NCBI GenBank assembly: GCA_902793285.1
Contig: CADBCV010000009.1
Span: forward strand, 1,210 to 65,209
Source: Oscillospiraceae bacterium
GTDB lineage: Bacteria > Bacillota > Clostridia > Oscillospirales > Oscillospiraceae
DNA length: 64,000 bases
Direction: 5' to 3'
Shown: one piece after another, positions 8,964 to 16,816 of the stretch
How positions within the stretch are numbered: position 1 is the stretch's first letter
Layout: the number at the start of each line of letters is the position of its first letter
Program-made: the position numbers and the translations under genes
The notes under the pieces: model-generated
Database searches by the model: none
The model's input: the letters and a program-made list of their open reading frames with translations, nothing else
What the model was told of the DNA's origin: nothing

Positions 8964-9526
8964 ACGAGTAAGCCCTCCTTTTGTAGAGTGTTCCGCAATT
9001 TCTCGCGGAGGCGGAAAAGACGCACGGAGATACGGTTTTCCTTTGTGTTCATCGCTGCTGCGATCTCTTTGACAGGATCAGCGAACCAATAGCGCCGGAC
9101 AAAGAGATAGCGGTCGTCATAGTCGAGCGTGGACAGAAAGCGGTTGATCGCATCTGCCAGTTCCTTCTGGGCATAGTCTTCTTCCACGTCCATGTCCGAC
9201 GGAAGAAACTCCGTCAGCTCGTCCAGCACCAAATCGAACTCACTGTTGCGTCGGGCAGCTTTCGCCCCTCGCAGCCTGCTCACCGCCTGATTGCGGGCGA
9301 TCCTGCAAACGAAGCTGACCAGGGGCTCCGGGCGGTGAGGCGGAATACTGTTCCAGACCCCGAGGTATGTATCGTTTACGATCTCTTCCACATCCAGCCG
9401 ATCCCGCAGAATATTACCGGCTGTTTTTCTCACAGCCGCGCCGTGCGCTTTGTCCAGCTCGCCGATGGCCTGCTCCGAACGCGTGAAAAACAGGTCGATG
9501 ATTTTGCTGTCCTCCAAATGCGTCAC
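8960..9526 (-). CDS. ECF-type sigma-70 family RNA polymerase sigma factor
   Basis: Region 2 (VEEIVNDTYLGVWNSIPPHRPEPLVSFVCRIARN) and region 4 (EIAAAMNTKENRISVRLFRLREKL) are both present. The ORF-track start at 9526 is GTG. The TTG at 9517 has better spacing to AAAGGAAG and matches the MED... start of the paralogue. Confidence 0.85.
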   Translation of the reverse strand: MTHLEDSKIIDLFFTRSEQAIGELDKAHGAAVRKTAGNILRDRLDVEEIVNDTYLGVWNSIPPHRPEPLVSFVCRIARNQAVSRLRGAKAARRNSEFDLVLDELTEFLPSDMDVEEDYAQKELADAINRFLSTLDYDDRYLFVRRYWFADPVKEIAAAMNTKENRISVRLFRLREKLRNTLQKEGLLV

Positions 9527-9628
9527 TTCCTTTCCGCCTCACTTATATACTCGCAATCGGCGGATGGATCTTACAAGGATTATAAAAATTTTTCAACGGG
9601 GCAGTTTACTTCCCGATATTGCCGTAAT

Positions 9629-10690
9629 TCAGGTTGTCCGCGGCAGCATCAACATCCGCATGGCAGGAATCGTCACGATGCCCTCCTCGATCATCCAGTC
9701 GATCTCTTCGGCGATGCTCTGTGCCATGGGGCGGGGGTTGTAGCCCAGCTCCGCGACAGCCTTGGAGGAATCGAATTCGTTGTTGCGCACGAGGTTATAC
9801 ACGGCGAAGCTCGTCATGCGCTGGGGCTTGTGGGTCATTTTCTCGGCCATATCGCTCATCTTGCCGAGCAGCTTGCCGATGCCGGCGGGCAGAATGGTCT
9901 TGATCGTGGGCAGGCCCGTATGCTCGGAGAGGATATCGAAGACCTCCTTCATTCCGATCATGTCGCCACCCAGAATGTAGCTCTCCCCTGTCCGGCCGTC
10001 CTTGCAGGCGCGGATGATGGTCTCGGCCATGTCGCGATTATCGGCGCAGTTGAAGGTGCCCTCAACTCCGGCGGGCATCTTGCCCTCGGTGTATTCGCGG
10101 ATAACGCCCGCCACATTGCCGAAGGTATAGTCCTTGGGGCCGGAGATACCGGAGGGCAGGATCAGGCAGCCGTCGATCTCACCGTTATGGATCGCGTCCA
10201 GCACCAGTTGGCAGGAGGCCGCCTTGGTCTGATCATAGAGACCGATGACCGCGTTGGGGTCATAGTGGTCAATCTCTTTAATTGCAGTGCCCATGGGCTG
10301 CTCGGGAATAGCGCCGGTGGAGCCGATGAAGATAAGGCGGACATTGTGTTCATGGCACTTGTCAACGATGTACCTGGTGCCGTCCACATTTACGTGCCAG
10401 ATCTTTTCCGCCACCAGATTGCTGACGGAGACCATGGCCGCGCAGTGGATGCAATAGACAGAGGTGTTCTCGGGGATATTGGCGAAGAGGGTTTCGAGCG
10501 TGGAGATATCCGTCACGTCACCCTCAATGACTTGGGCTGCCTTCGGCAGATGCCGGGCTGCCTCTTCGCCCCGGAGGACGAAAGCGCGCACCGGCTTTTC
10601 CCGGCTGACCAGCTCACGGACAATAGCGCTGCCCAGATTGCCGGCCGCACCGGTGACGATGTAAAGTTCCTTGTTGGTGTTCGTAGTCAT
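9629..10690 (-). CDS. NAD-dependent epimerase/dehydratase family (extended SDR) protein
   Basis: 353-aa ORF with GGAGGA 7 nt upstream and the Rossmann motif IVTGAAGNLGSAIV at the N-terminus. Confidence 0.8.
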   Translation of the reverse strand: MTTNTNKELYIVTGAAGNLGSAIVRELVSREKPVRAFVLRGEEAARHLPKAAQVIEGDVTDISTLETLFANIPENTSVYCIHCAAMVSVSNLVAEKIWHVNVDGTRYIVDKCHEHNVRLIFIGSTGAIPEQPMGTAIKEIDHYDPNAVIGLYDQTKAASCQLVLDAIHNGEIDGCLILPSGISGPKDYTFGNVAGVIREYTEGKMPAGVEGTFNCADNRDMAETIIRACKDGRTGESYILGGDMIGMKEVFDILSEHTGLPTIKTILPAGIGKLLGKMSDMAEKMTHKPQRMTSFAVYNLVRNNEFDSSKAVAELGYNPRPMAQSIAEEIDWMIEEGIVTIPAMRMLMLPRTT

Positions 10691-10802
10691 TTTATATTCC
10701 TCCGTATCGGTTGTTATTTTGTTTCATCCCCTTGGGATGGTCACACTATACCGGAGGATTGTTTGTGAGAGTTTCAAGAAATGTTTGGGAATTGTTAAAA
10801 TG

Positions 10803-10835
10803 AAAAAAGTCTCGAAGAAATTCGAGACTTTTTTC
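10803..10835 (-). terminator. Rho-independent terminator (A-tract/T-tract, usable in both directions)
   Basis: AAAAAAGTCTCGAA-gaaa-TTCGAGACTTTTTT lies directly after the stop at 10836. Confidence 0.8.
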
Positions 10836-11204
10836 TCATTTCTGACTCAGTTCCTCTGTCAATCGAAGGATCTCCGGTGCGATCTGCTGTCGGCGCTTTT
10901 CCACGAGCCTGCGGTAAAGCACCGGGGCAGCCAGCATCCCGATCACGCCGACGACGCACAAAAGCGCTCCCAGGACCCATAAGCTCCACACCAGAAAGCA
11001 GCACATTCCCACGCCGAAAACGAGGGCGCTGGCAATGCCGACAGCCATGGAAACAATGAATGCAGTGGTCGTGAGGCTTGCGTCCAGCTTCCGGAGCTGC
11101 TCGAGCTTGTTTTCATGCTCGGCCGGGGGCAGGTATTTCTTGCGGATCGCGTCGATCTCATTCTGCCTCTCGGCGGAATAATGATAGGTAAAGCTCTCGC
11201 TCAT
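10836..11204 (-). CDS. Small two-TM membrane protein of unknown function
   Basis: The ATG at 11204 (MSESFTYHYS...) is preceded by AGGAGG and overlaps the upstream micro-ORF stop (ATGA). Two adjacent hydrophobic helices are present. Confidence 0.65.
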   Translation of the reverse strand: MSESFTYHYSAERQNEIDAIRKKYLPPAEHENKLEQLRKLDASLTTTAFIVSMAVGIASALVFGVGMCCFLVWSLWVLGALLCVVGVIGMLAAPVLYRRLVEKRRQQIAPEILRLTEELSQK

Positions 11205-11335
11205 GATGAAAACCTCCTGATCTTTTTCGTAGCGTGCAGGATCATATAGATCGATAAGCTCAGAATGATGATGCTGGCAACAAAGCCGGAAACACCGAGC
11301 AGTGCCGGAAGCGAATACCATTTGACTTTCTTCAT
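11201..11335 (-). CDS. 44-aa single-TM micro-protein (not in the ORF track)
   Basis: My translation is MKKVKWYSLPALLGVSGFVASIIILSLSIYMILHATKKIRRFSS. Its start and stop overlap both neighbours through ATGA. Confidence 0.45.
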   Translation of the reverse strand: MKKVKWYSLPALLGVSGFVASIIILSLSIYMILHATKKIRRFSS

Positions 11336-11442
11336 ACCGCCCCGATCCTCACGGTAAAGATACTGCTGCCCGGCTCGCTGCTGACGCCGATTTCGCCAAA
11401 GATTATGTAAACCTCACGTTTTCCTATCTTTTTCTGATTCAT
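11332..11442 (-). pseudogene. Remnant of a histidine kinase C-terminus (HATPase_c G2 box region)
   Basis: My translation is MNQKKIGKREVYIIFGEIGVSSEPGSSIFTVRIGAV. The segment GEIGVSSEPGSSIFTVRI matches the conserved ...GG.I.V.SE.GKGS.FT..LP end of sensor kinases. Confidence 0.55.
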
Positions 11443-11549
11443 TTGAGCACCGCCTTGCAGCCCAGCGCCTCATATCCGTTCTGATTCAAAAACGAGCAGA
11501 CAGCCCGATTCAGTTCCCGATCATCCTCAAGCACCAGAAGTTTGAGCAT
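11439..11549 (-). pseudogene. Remnant of a response regulator N-terminus (receiver domain, first ~31 aa)
   Basis: MLKLLVLEDDRELNRAVCSFLNQNGYEALGC... is a typical OmpR-family receiver start with GGAGGA 7 nt upstream. The frame stops after 36 codons. Confidence 0.6.
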
Positions 11550-11641
11550 GGATACGTCCTCCGTAAGTCTTTAATGGGTGGAGTGTAACACAGGGATGTT
11601 AAAGAACTGTTAAAGTTTGGGGTGTTCTTTCACAAAACGTA

Positions 11642-11670
11642 AAGAATCTCGGCAAGAAGCCGAGATTCTT
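11642..11670. terminator. Hairpin terminator candidate
   Basis: AAGAATCTCGGC-aagaa-GCCGAGATTCTT. The minus-strand flank is TACGTTTTGTG and the plus-strand flank is TGCTTGGATTTGTTTT. Confidence 0.5.
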
Positions 11671-11684
11671 TGCTTGGATTTGTT

Positions 11685-11819
11685 TTACACCAGATCCTGT
11701 CTGCTCAGCACCAGCCTGGAAATGAGGCCGATGCAAGGGGCGAAGATCGCGCCGCCGGCCAGGGTCAGGCCCACACGCACGATGCATTCGTTGGAAACCG
11801 CTGACCCGGAACAGGACAT
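11685..11819 (-). CDS. Possible 44-aa hydrophobic micro-protein
   Basis: My translation is MSCSGSAVSNECIVRVGLTLAGGAIFAPCIGLISRLVLSRQDLV, followed by the hairpin at 11642-11670. The RBS is poor (GAGG abuts the ATG), so this is weak. Confidence 0.25.
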   Translation of the reverse strand: MSCSGSAVSNECIVRVGLTLAGGAIFAPCIGLISRLVLSRQDLV

Positions 11820-11987
11820 CCTCACACTTCAAAAGATTATGTTTGAAACTGAACAGTATATGGCTGAATAAGCAGCAGCGAAGACCATGAATCCCGGGAA
11901 TTGGTCTTCGCTGCTCCTTATTGAAAGTGCGTCCATAACTCGTCTCTTATTTTATATATCATTATTAACAAATTCTTCACAGTTTTA

Positions 11988-12014
11988 TTAGCACTCTCTA
12001 TTGACGAGTGCTAA
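11988..12014. promoter_or_regulatory. CIRCE operator (HrcA binding site), perfect consensus
   Basis: TTAGCACTC-tctattgac-GAGTGCTAA equals TTAGCACTC-N9-GAGTGCTAA exactly. Confidence 0.9.
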
Positions 12015-12029
12015 TGTTTGTGATATAAC
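12001..12029 (+). promoter_or_regulatory. Sigma-A promoter of hsp20 overlapping CIRCE
   Basis: TTGACG at 12001-12006, a 17-nt spacer, and an extended -10 TGaTATAAC (TATAAC at 12024-12029). Confidence 0.65.
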
Positions 12030-12155
12030 ATACTCGCAAGCGAGAAAGAGATTCGGAACCAGGGTTCCGGGTTCCCCTCACCTCCCCTTGCGGCATAGTC
12101 CACAGCAAAAGCCCTGAACAGCATCCAGGACCGAAAATAAAAGGAGGTTTGACTT

Positions 12156-12611
12156 ATGTTGTACATGCCTGGTATTTTTGGTGAGGATTTGATGGATCGT
12201 TGGATGAGTGACATGGATCGGGAGTTCGCCCGGATGGAGAAGCCGCTCTATGGTCACAATGCCAGAAACCTGATGAAAACTGACGTGCGGGAGCACGACG
12301 ATGGCTTTGAGGTAGATATCGAGCTGCCCGGCTTCCACAAGGATGAGGTTCAGCTCAGTCTTGAAAACGGCTATCTGAACATCACGGCGGCAAAAGGCCT
12401 TGACAAGGATGAGAAGGACAAAAAGTCCGGCAAGCTCATCCGGCAGGAGCGCTACGCCGGCAGCATGAGCCGCAGCTTCTATGTGGGTGAAGACCTCACG
12501 GAAGAGGACATCAAGGCCAGGCTGGAGCACGGTGTACTGACGCTGCAGATCCCGAAGAAGGAAGCGAAACCGCAGCTGCCTGAAAAGAAGTATATCGCCA
12601 TCGAAGGCTGA
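12156..12611 (+). CDS. Hsp20/alpha-crystallin family small heat-shock protein
   Basis: 151-aa ORF with an AAAGGAGG RBS. The alpha-crystallin core is visible (DVREHDDGFEVDIELPGFHKDEVQLSLENGYLNITA ... GVLTLQIPK). Confidence 0.9.
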   Translation: MLYMPGIFGEDLMDRWMSDMDREFARMEKPLYGHNARNLMKTDVREHDDGFEVDIELPGFHKDEVQLSLENGYLNITAAKGLDKDEKDKKSGKLIRQERYAGSMSRSFYVGEDLTEEDIKARLEHGVLTLQIPKKEAKPQLPEKKYIAIEG

Positions 12612-12624
12612 TTCGTTTATGCAG

Positions 12625-12657
12625 GCGCCCCGCCGGATGTAAGCGGGGCGCTTTTTT
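12625..12657 (+). terminator. Rho-independent terminator after hsp20
   Basis: GCGCCCCGC-cggatgtaa-GCGGGGCGC followed by TTTTTT. Confidence 0.85.
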
Positions 12658-12708
12658 GTGGCAGACCTTAATCAGCCACAGACTAGATTATTTTAGGAGG
12701 AATCCGGT

Positions 12709-14529
12709 ATGCAGGAAGTCAAACGCCCAAAGCAGCCATTGATCTTTTACTATGTTGTCATGATCCTTGCCGTTCTGCTGTTTAACTGCATCATCGCCCC
12801 GTATATTGCGGGGAAAGCGATCAGCGATGTGGATTACGGCACTTTCATGACAATGACCGAAAACGGCGAGATCGGCAAGGTCCAGCTCCAGCGCAACCAA
12901 ATCATTTTTACATCTAAAGACGAATCCAAAATCTATCGTACCGGCGTGATGGACGATCCCGGTCTGGTGGACCGGCTCCACGCGTCCGGCGTGACCTTCA
13001 CCAGCGAAATCGTCGAGGAGACCTCTCCCCTTGCGTCGCTGCTTCTTTCGTGGCTGCTGCCGCTCGGCATTTTTGTTCTGCTCGGTCAGTTCATGTCCAA
13101 GAAGCTGATGGACAAGGCCGGCGGCGGTGCGGGCTCCATGATGTTCAACCTGGGCAAATCCAACGCCAAGGTCTACGTCAAATCCTCCGACGGCATCCGC
13201 TTCAGCGATGTCGAAGGCGTTGACGAGGCCGAGGAAAACCTGCAGGAGATCGTGGATTATCTTGAAAACCCCGAGAAATACCGGGAGATCGGCGCCTCCA
13301 TGCCGAAGGGCGTCCTGCTTGTCGGGCCTCCGGGAACTGGCAAGACCATGCTCGCCAAAGCCGTGGCCGGGGAAGCAAACGTCCCCTTCTTCTCCATGTC
13401 CGGCTCGGAATTTGTGGAGATGTTCGTCGGCATGGGCGCTTCCAAGGTGCGCGATCTGTTCCGCCAGGCCAAGGAGAAGGCCCCCTGCATCGTATTTATT
13501 GATGAAATCGACGCCATCGGCCAGAAACGCAGCGGCGGACAGTACGGCGGCAACGACGAGCGTGAGCAGACACTCAACCAGCTGCTCACCGAGATGGACG
13601 GCTTTGACGGCAGCAGCGGCGTCATCATTCTGGCAGCCACCAACCGCCCCGAGTCTCTTGACCCGGCGCTGACTCGCCCCGGCCGCTTTGACCGCCGCGT
13701 GCCGGTGGAGCTGCCCGACCTCAAAGGCCGCGAGGCGATTTTGAAGGTACACGCCAAGAAGATCAAGGTCGCCGACGATGTGGACTTTCTGCAGGTGGCC
13801 CGTATGGCCTCCGGCGCTTCCGGCGCGGAGCTTGCCAATATTGTAAACGAAGCCGCGCTGCGTGCGGTACGTGACGGGCGCGCCTTTGCCACGCAGGCGG
13901 ATCTGGAGGAGAGCATTGAGGTCGTCATTGCCGGCTATCAGAAGAAAAACGCGATCCTCACAGATCAGGAAAAGAAGATCGTCGCCTATCATGAGATCGG
14001 CCACGCGCTTGTGGCCGCCAAGCAGACGAACTCCGCACCGGTCCAGAAGATCACCATTATCCCCCGCACCTCCGGCGCTCTGGGCTATACCCTGCAGGTG
14101 GAAAACAATGACCACTACCTGATGAACAAGCAGGAACTGGAGAACAAGATCGCAACATACACCGGCGGCCGCGCCGCGGAGGAGCTGGTATTCGGCTCCG
14201 TCACGACAGGCGCTGCCAACGATATTGAGCAGGCGACAAAGCTCGCCCGCTCCATGATCACCCGCTACGGCATGAGTGAGGACTTTGACATGGTCGCTAT
14301 GGAGACGGTCACAAACCAGTATCTCGGCGGCGACACCTCCCTTGCCTGCTCTGCCGAAACACAGAGCAGGATCGACGAGCAGGTCGTTTCGCTGGTGCGC
14401 AAGCAGCATGAAAAAGCGCTCGGCATTCTGACAGAGAATCGCGCGAAGCTCGATGAGCTTGCAGCTTATCTCTACGAGCATGAGACGATCACCGGCGAAG
14501 AATTCATGCAGATTCTGAACGCGGCATAA
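12709..14529 (+). CDS. ftsH: ATP-dependent zinc metalloprotease FtsH
   Basis: 606 aa with an N-terminal TM pair, Walker A GPPGTGKT, Walker [10 protein letters not shown] and the zinc motif HEIGHAL. Confidence 0.95.
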   Translation: MQEVKRPKQPLIFYYVVMILAVLLFNCIIAPYIAGKAISDVDYGTFMTMTENGEIGKVQLQRNQIIFTSKDESKIYRTGVMDDPGLVDRLHASGVTFTSEIVEETSPLASLLLSWLLPLGIFVLLGQFMSKKLMDKAGGGAGSMMFNLGKSNAKVYVKSSDGIRFSDVEGVDEAEENLQEIVDYLENPEKYREIGASMPKGVLLVGPPGTGKTMLAKAVAGEANVPFFSMSGSEFVEMFVGMGASKVRDLFRQAKEKAPCIVFIDEIDAIGQKRSGGQYGGNDEREQTLNQLLTEMDGFDGSSGVIILAATNRPESLDPALTRPGRFDRRVPVELPDLKGREAILKVHAKKIKVADDVDFLQVARMASGASGAELANIVNEAALRAVRDGRAFATQADLEESIEVVIAGYQKKNAILTDQEKKIVAYHEIGHALVAAKQTNSAPVQKITIIPRTSGALGYTLQVENNDHYLMNKQELENKIATYTGGRAAEELVFGSVTTGAANDIEQATKLARSMITRYGMSEDFDMVAMETVTNQYLGGDTSLACSAETQSRIDEQVVSLVRKQHEKALGILTENRAKLDELAAYLYEHETITGEEFMQILNAA

Positions 14530-14779
14530 TGTACATACGCCCGGCAGATCTCATAAGAGATCGGCTGGGCGTATTATCATATGCAATGCGGTCATACAGC
14601 GCTGCTGCGGTATCATGTAGATACCGACGCCGGGAATGTTCTCCTGAAGCGCAGTCTCGTGCCACCCGTCATAGAGCAGTGGGTGCTGCGGGACAACATC
14701 ACCCCCGCAGATGTGATCGTGCGGATGATGTTTGCCTCCATGCCGGAGAGTCTGCGGCAGATTTACGGATTATAATGCT

Positions 14780-14807
14780 TTGAGCGGAGTGCATTCACTC
14801 CGCTCAA
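14780..14807. other. Perfect 12-bp hairpin (weak terminator candidate, no U-tract)
   Basis: TTGAGCGGAGTG-catt-CACTCCGCTCAA, downstream of the SDR remnant. Confidence 0.4.
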
Positions 14808-14859
14808 GGGAACCTCTAAAAACTCAGGTCTGGTGATGCGTCGAGAGATTTTGTTCCAG

Positions 14860-15096
14860 ATTGAAGGGCAAAAAACGCAGGAATCCTTCAGCCCGCTTTT
14901 CAGCGCCGCGATGGTGCCGCCGTCGATGAGCAGATCGGTACCGGTCACGAAACCAGCGTCCGGCCCCAGCAGATACGCGCCTGCCGCCAAGCAGGATCTT
15001 CTTCCCTGCGGCAACGCGCCGCAAAATTGCCATGCCCATGCTGCCTGCCCCAAGCAAAACAGCAACATCCTTGTTTTCATTACGATCCAGAATCAT
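14860..15096 (-). pseudogene. Short-chain dehydrogenase/reductase remnant with its central portion deleted (approximate bounds)
   Basis: One frame reads the SDR N-terminus KDVAVLLGAGSMGMAILRRVAAGKKILL. A second frame, starting at about the same position (~14985), reads the SDR C-terminus YLLGPDAGFVTGTDLLIDGG. The catalytic middle is absent. Confidence 0.6.
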
Positions 15097-15261
15097 GCTT
15101 GCACTCCTTCCCTGTTCAACCTTGGTTTCTTTATCCTTGTCTGAATCATAAATCAAAATCGGCGTGTCCTCAATGGTCAGTTTTTTGTAATCCGTTGCTT
15201 AGGAAACGCTTTGCGGAAAATCGTTGCTTATTGTTAAAGGGAAAGAGCTCTTCCGTTCAGA

Positions 15262-16221
15262 TCACTCCTGTTCCCATCCGCGCAGTTTTTCGGAGATGTC
15301 CGTGATGCTCTTCGCCATGTCAGCGTTGATGCCGACGGCGCGCTCCCCAAGGCTTGCGGGAACCATGGCCTTGCTGCGGCTGAGGCGCACGAGACTCACA
15401 TTCTCATGCTCCCGCGTCAGCTTCTCAAAGGGAAAGCGGATGATCATCGGCGTATTGAAGCCCACGCCCAGCTCCAGCAGGACGGTCTTCTTGTCTTTGC
15501 ATTCCGACAGGAACCGGCAGAAGCGATCCTCCGCGGCGTGCCAGTTTTCATCCTCAACAAAATCATTGTCCACCCGCAGATTCATTTCCATATCCCCGCC
15601 GCATACCGGGCATTTGGGCACCAGCTCCCCGGGGATCTTCCCGTCCTTTCGTTCTCTCTCCATCTGTCGGAAAAGCTCGACCGCGTTGTAGGTCTTCGGA
15701 TGGCAGCCGCGCTTGCACTGGATCAGGTTATAGCTGCCCTGGGTCTGGAAAATCTGCTCTGCGGGAAGCCCCGCTTTCTCAAACTGATGGTCGGCGTTGG
15801 TGCTCAGGAGGAAGAGCTTCTTGCCCTTGAGCGCCTCCAGCAGCGTCCTGTGCAGCGGCGTCACATCCAGGTCCGCGCCGGCGAGCAGGGCCTGATGACT
15901 CCAGTAGCCCCACTTGCTCTCCTGATCCGGGAAAGGATAGAAGCCGGCGGCGTACATGTCCTGCATATACGGTCCCTTGCCGTACAGCTTCTGAAACTCG
16001 GCAAAGTGCTCAGCAAAGAACTTCCCGCCGTACTCCGCGCCCGCCGCCGTGCTCATCCCGGCTCCCGCGCCGATGAGGACATAGTCCGCCGCATTGATGA
16101 GTCTGGCCGCGCGTTCGATCTGCTCGGCATAGGGTGTGTCTTGCTTGATATAGTCCCGCGCGTAATCTCCGGTCAGGAAATCCGAAAAGCGCGTTATCTT
16201 CTTTGTGCTTCTGTTGAACAT
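15262..16221 (-). CDS. SIR2 (sirtuin)-like protein with a Cys4 zinc ribbon and atypical catalytic motifs
   Basis: The ATG at 16221 (MFNRSTKK...) is preceded by GAGGAGG. Motifs seen are LIGAGAGMSTAAG (GAGxS-like), LLSTNADHQF (QNxD-like), the zinc ribbon CKRGC...CPVCGG and ELGVGFNTP. Confidence 0.7.
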   Translation of the reverse strand: MFNRSTKKITRFSDFLTGDYARDYIKQDTPYAEQIERAARLINAADYVLIGAGAGMSTAAGAEYGGKFFAEHFAEFQKLYGKGPYMQDMYAAGFYPFPDQESKWGYWSHQALLAGADLDVTPLHRTLLEALKGKKLFLLSTNADHQFEKAGLPAEQIFQTQGSYNLIQCKRGCHPKTYNAVELFRQMERERKDGKIPGELVPKCPVCGGDMEMNLRVDNDFVEDENWHAAEDRFCRFLSECKDKKTVLLELGVGFNTPMIIRFPFEKLTREHENVSLVRLSRSKAMVPASLGERAVGINADMAKSITDISEKLRGWEQE

Positions 16222-16322
16222 GGGTCTTGCCTCCTCAGTTTTGCTGCCTGTAGTATACAGGAAGACAGCCGCCTGCACAAGTACGCACCTTTTTGTAACC
16301 TACCTGCGGAACGCGAAATGTC

Positions 16323-16351
16323 TTGCATATTTCACAATGATGCAGTATTAT
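16323..16351 (+). promoter_or_regulatory. Candidate sigma-A promoter of the HxlR-family regulator
   Basis: TTGCAT at 16323-16328, a 17-nt spacer, TATTAT at 16346-16351. Confidence 0.45.
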
Positions 16352-16395
16352 TTTTATGTAACAATCACTTGGAAAGTAATGGCGGTGCACACTAT

Positions 16396-16737
16396 ATGAG
16401 AACAAAAGAAGATATCCTGCCCGATTGCCCGGTAGCTGTCACGGTTTCTCTGATCGGCAGCAAGTGGAAGCTGCTCATTATGCGTAATCTCCTCGGGCGT
16501 CCCTGGCGCTTCAACGAGCTGCAAAAAAGCATCGAGGGCATCAGCCAGAAGGCTCTGACGGATGCGCTCCGCTCCATGGAGGCCGACGGCATCGTCCGCC
16601 GCACCGCCTATCCTGAGGTGCCGCCCCGCGTCGAGTACTCGCTGACGGAGCTTGGCGAATCCATGCGCCCCATCATCAAAGCCATGGAAAGCTGGGGAAA
16701 CGACTTCAAGGCGCAGGCTGTGAGAGAAGAGACATAG
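16396..16737 (+). CDS. HxlR-family winged-helix transcriptional regulator
   Basis: The ATG at 16396 is in frame within ORF 15406..16737. The hallmark CPVAVTVSLIGSKWKLLIMRNLL...RFNELQKSIEGISQKALTDALRSMEADGIV is present. Confidence 0.85.
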   Translation: MRTKEDILPDCPVAVTVSLIGSKWKLLIMRNLLGRPWRFNELQKSIEGISQKALTDALRSMEADGIVRRTAYPEVPPRVEYSLTELGESMRPIIKAMESWGNDFKAQAVREET

Positions 16738-16816
16738 CCTTTCCTGCCTGAGGGATGCCGTTAAAAAACATGCAGGTTCTGTCTTTCATGACAGAAGCTG
16801 CATGTTTCGTCTCCGC

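Noticed and set aside
11599-11871. ORFs 11599..11832 (-) and 11617..11871 (+).
   Set aside because: They overlap each other on opposite strands, lack an RBS and have Arg/Pro-rich or otherwise implausible sequence. Only a 44-codon hydrophobic ORF in a third frame is retained, at low confidence.
12688-14481. 597-aa ORF antisense to ftsH. Similar long antisense ORFs are 5309..7393, 9335..10768, 19198..20376, 20431..21261, 21819..22853, 23152..24495, 24694..25773, 34427..35380, 40788..42083, 50627..51850 and 59665..60744.
   Set aside because: Each lies opposite a gene with unmistakable conserved motifs. Their translations are low-complexity and rich in Arg, Gly, His, Asp and Ala, as expected of shadow ORFs in GC-rich DNA, and none has an RBS.
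14581-14775. 64-aa ORF downstream of ftsH.
   Set aside because: It has no RBS and no recognisable motif. It overlaps a hairpin region and is probably non-coding sequence flanking the SDR remnant.
15262-16221. SIR2-domain protein as an anti-phage defence effector (Thoeris, DSR or SIR2-HerA type).
   Set aside because: It is sirtuin-sized (319 aa) with a Zn ribbon, has no SLOG, TIR, HerA or pAgo partner, and is a single gene flanked by metabolic and regulatory genes. It is kept only as an atypical sirtuin.
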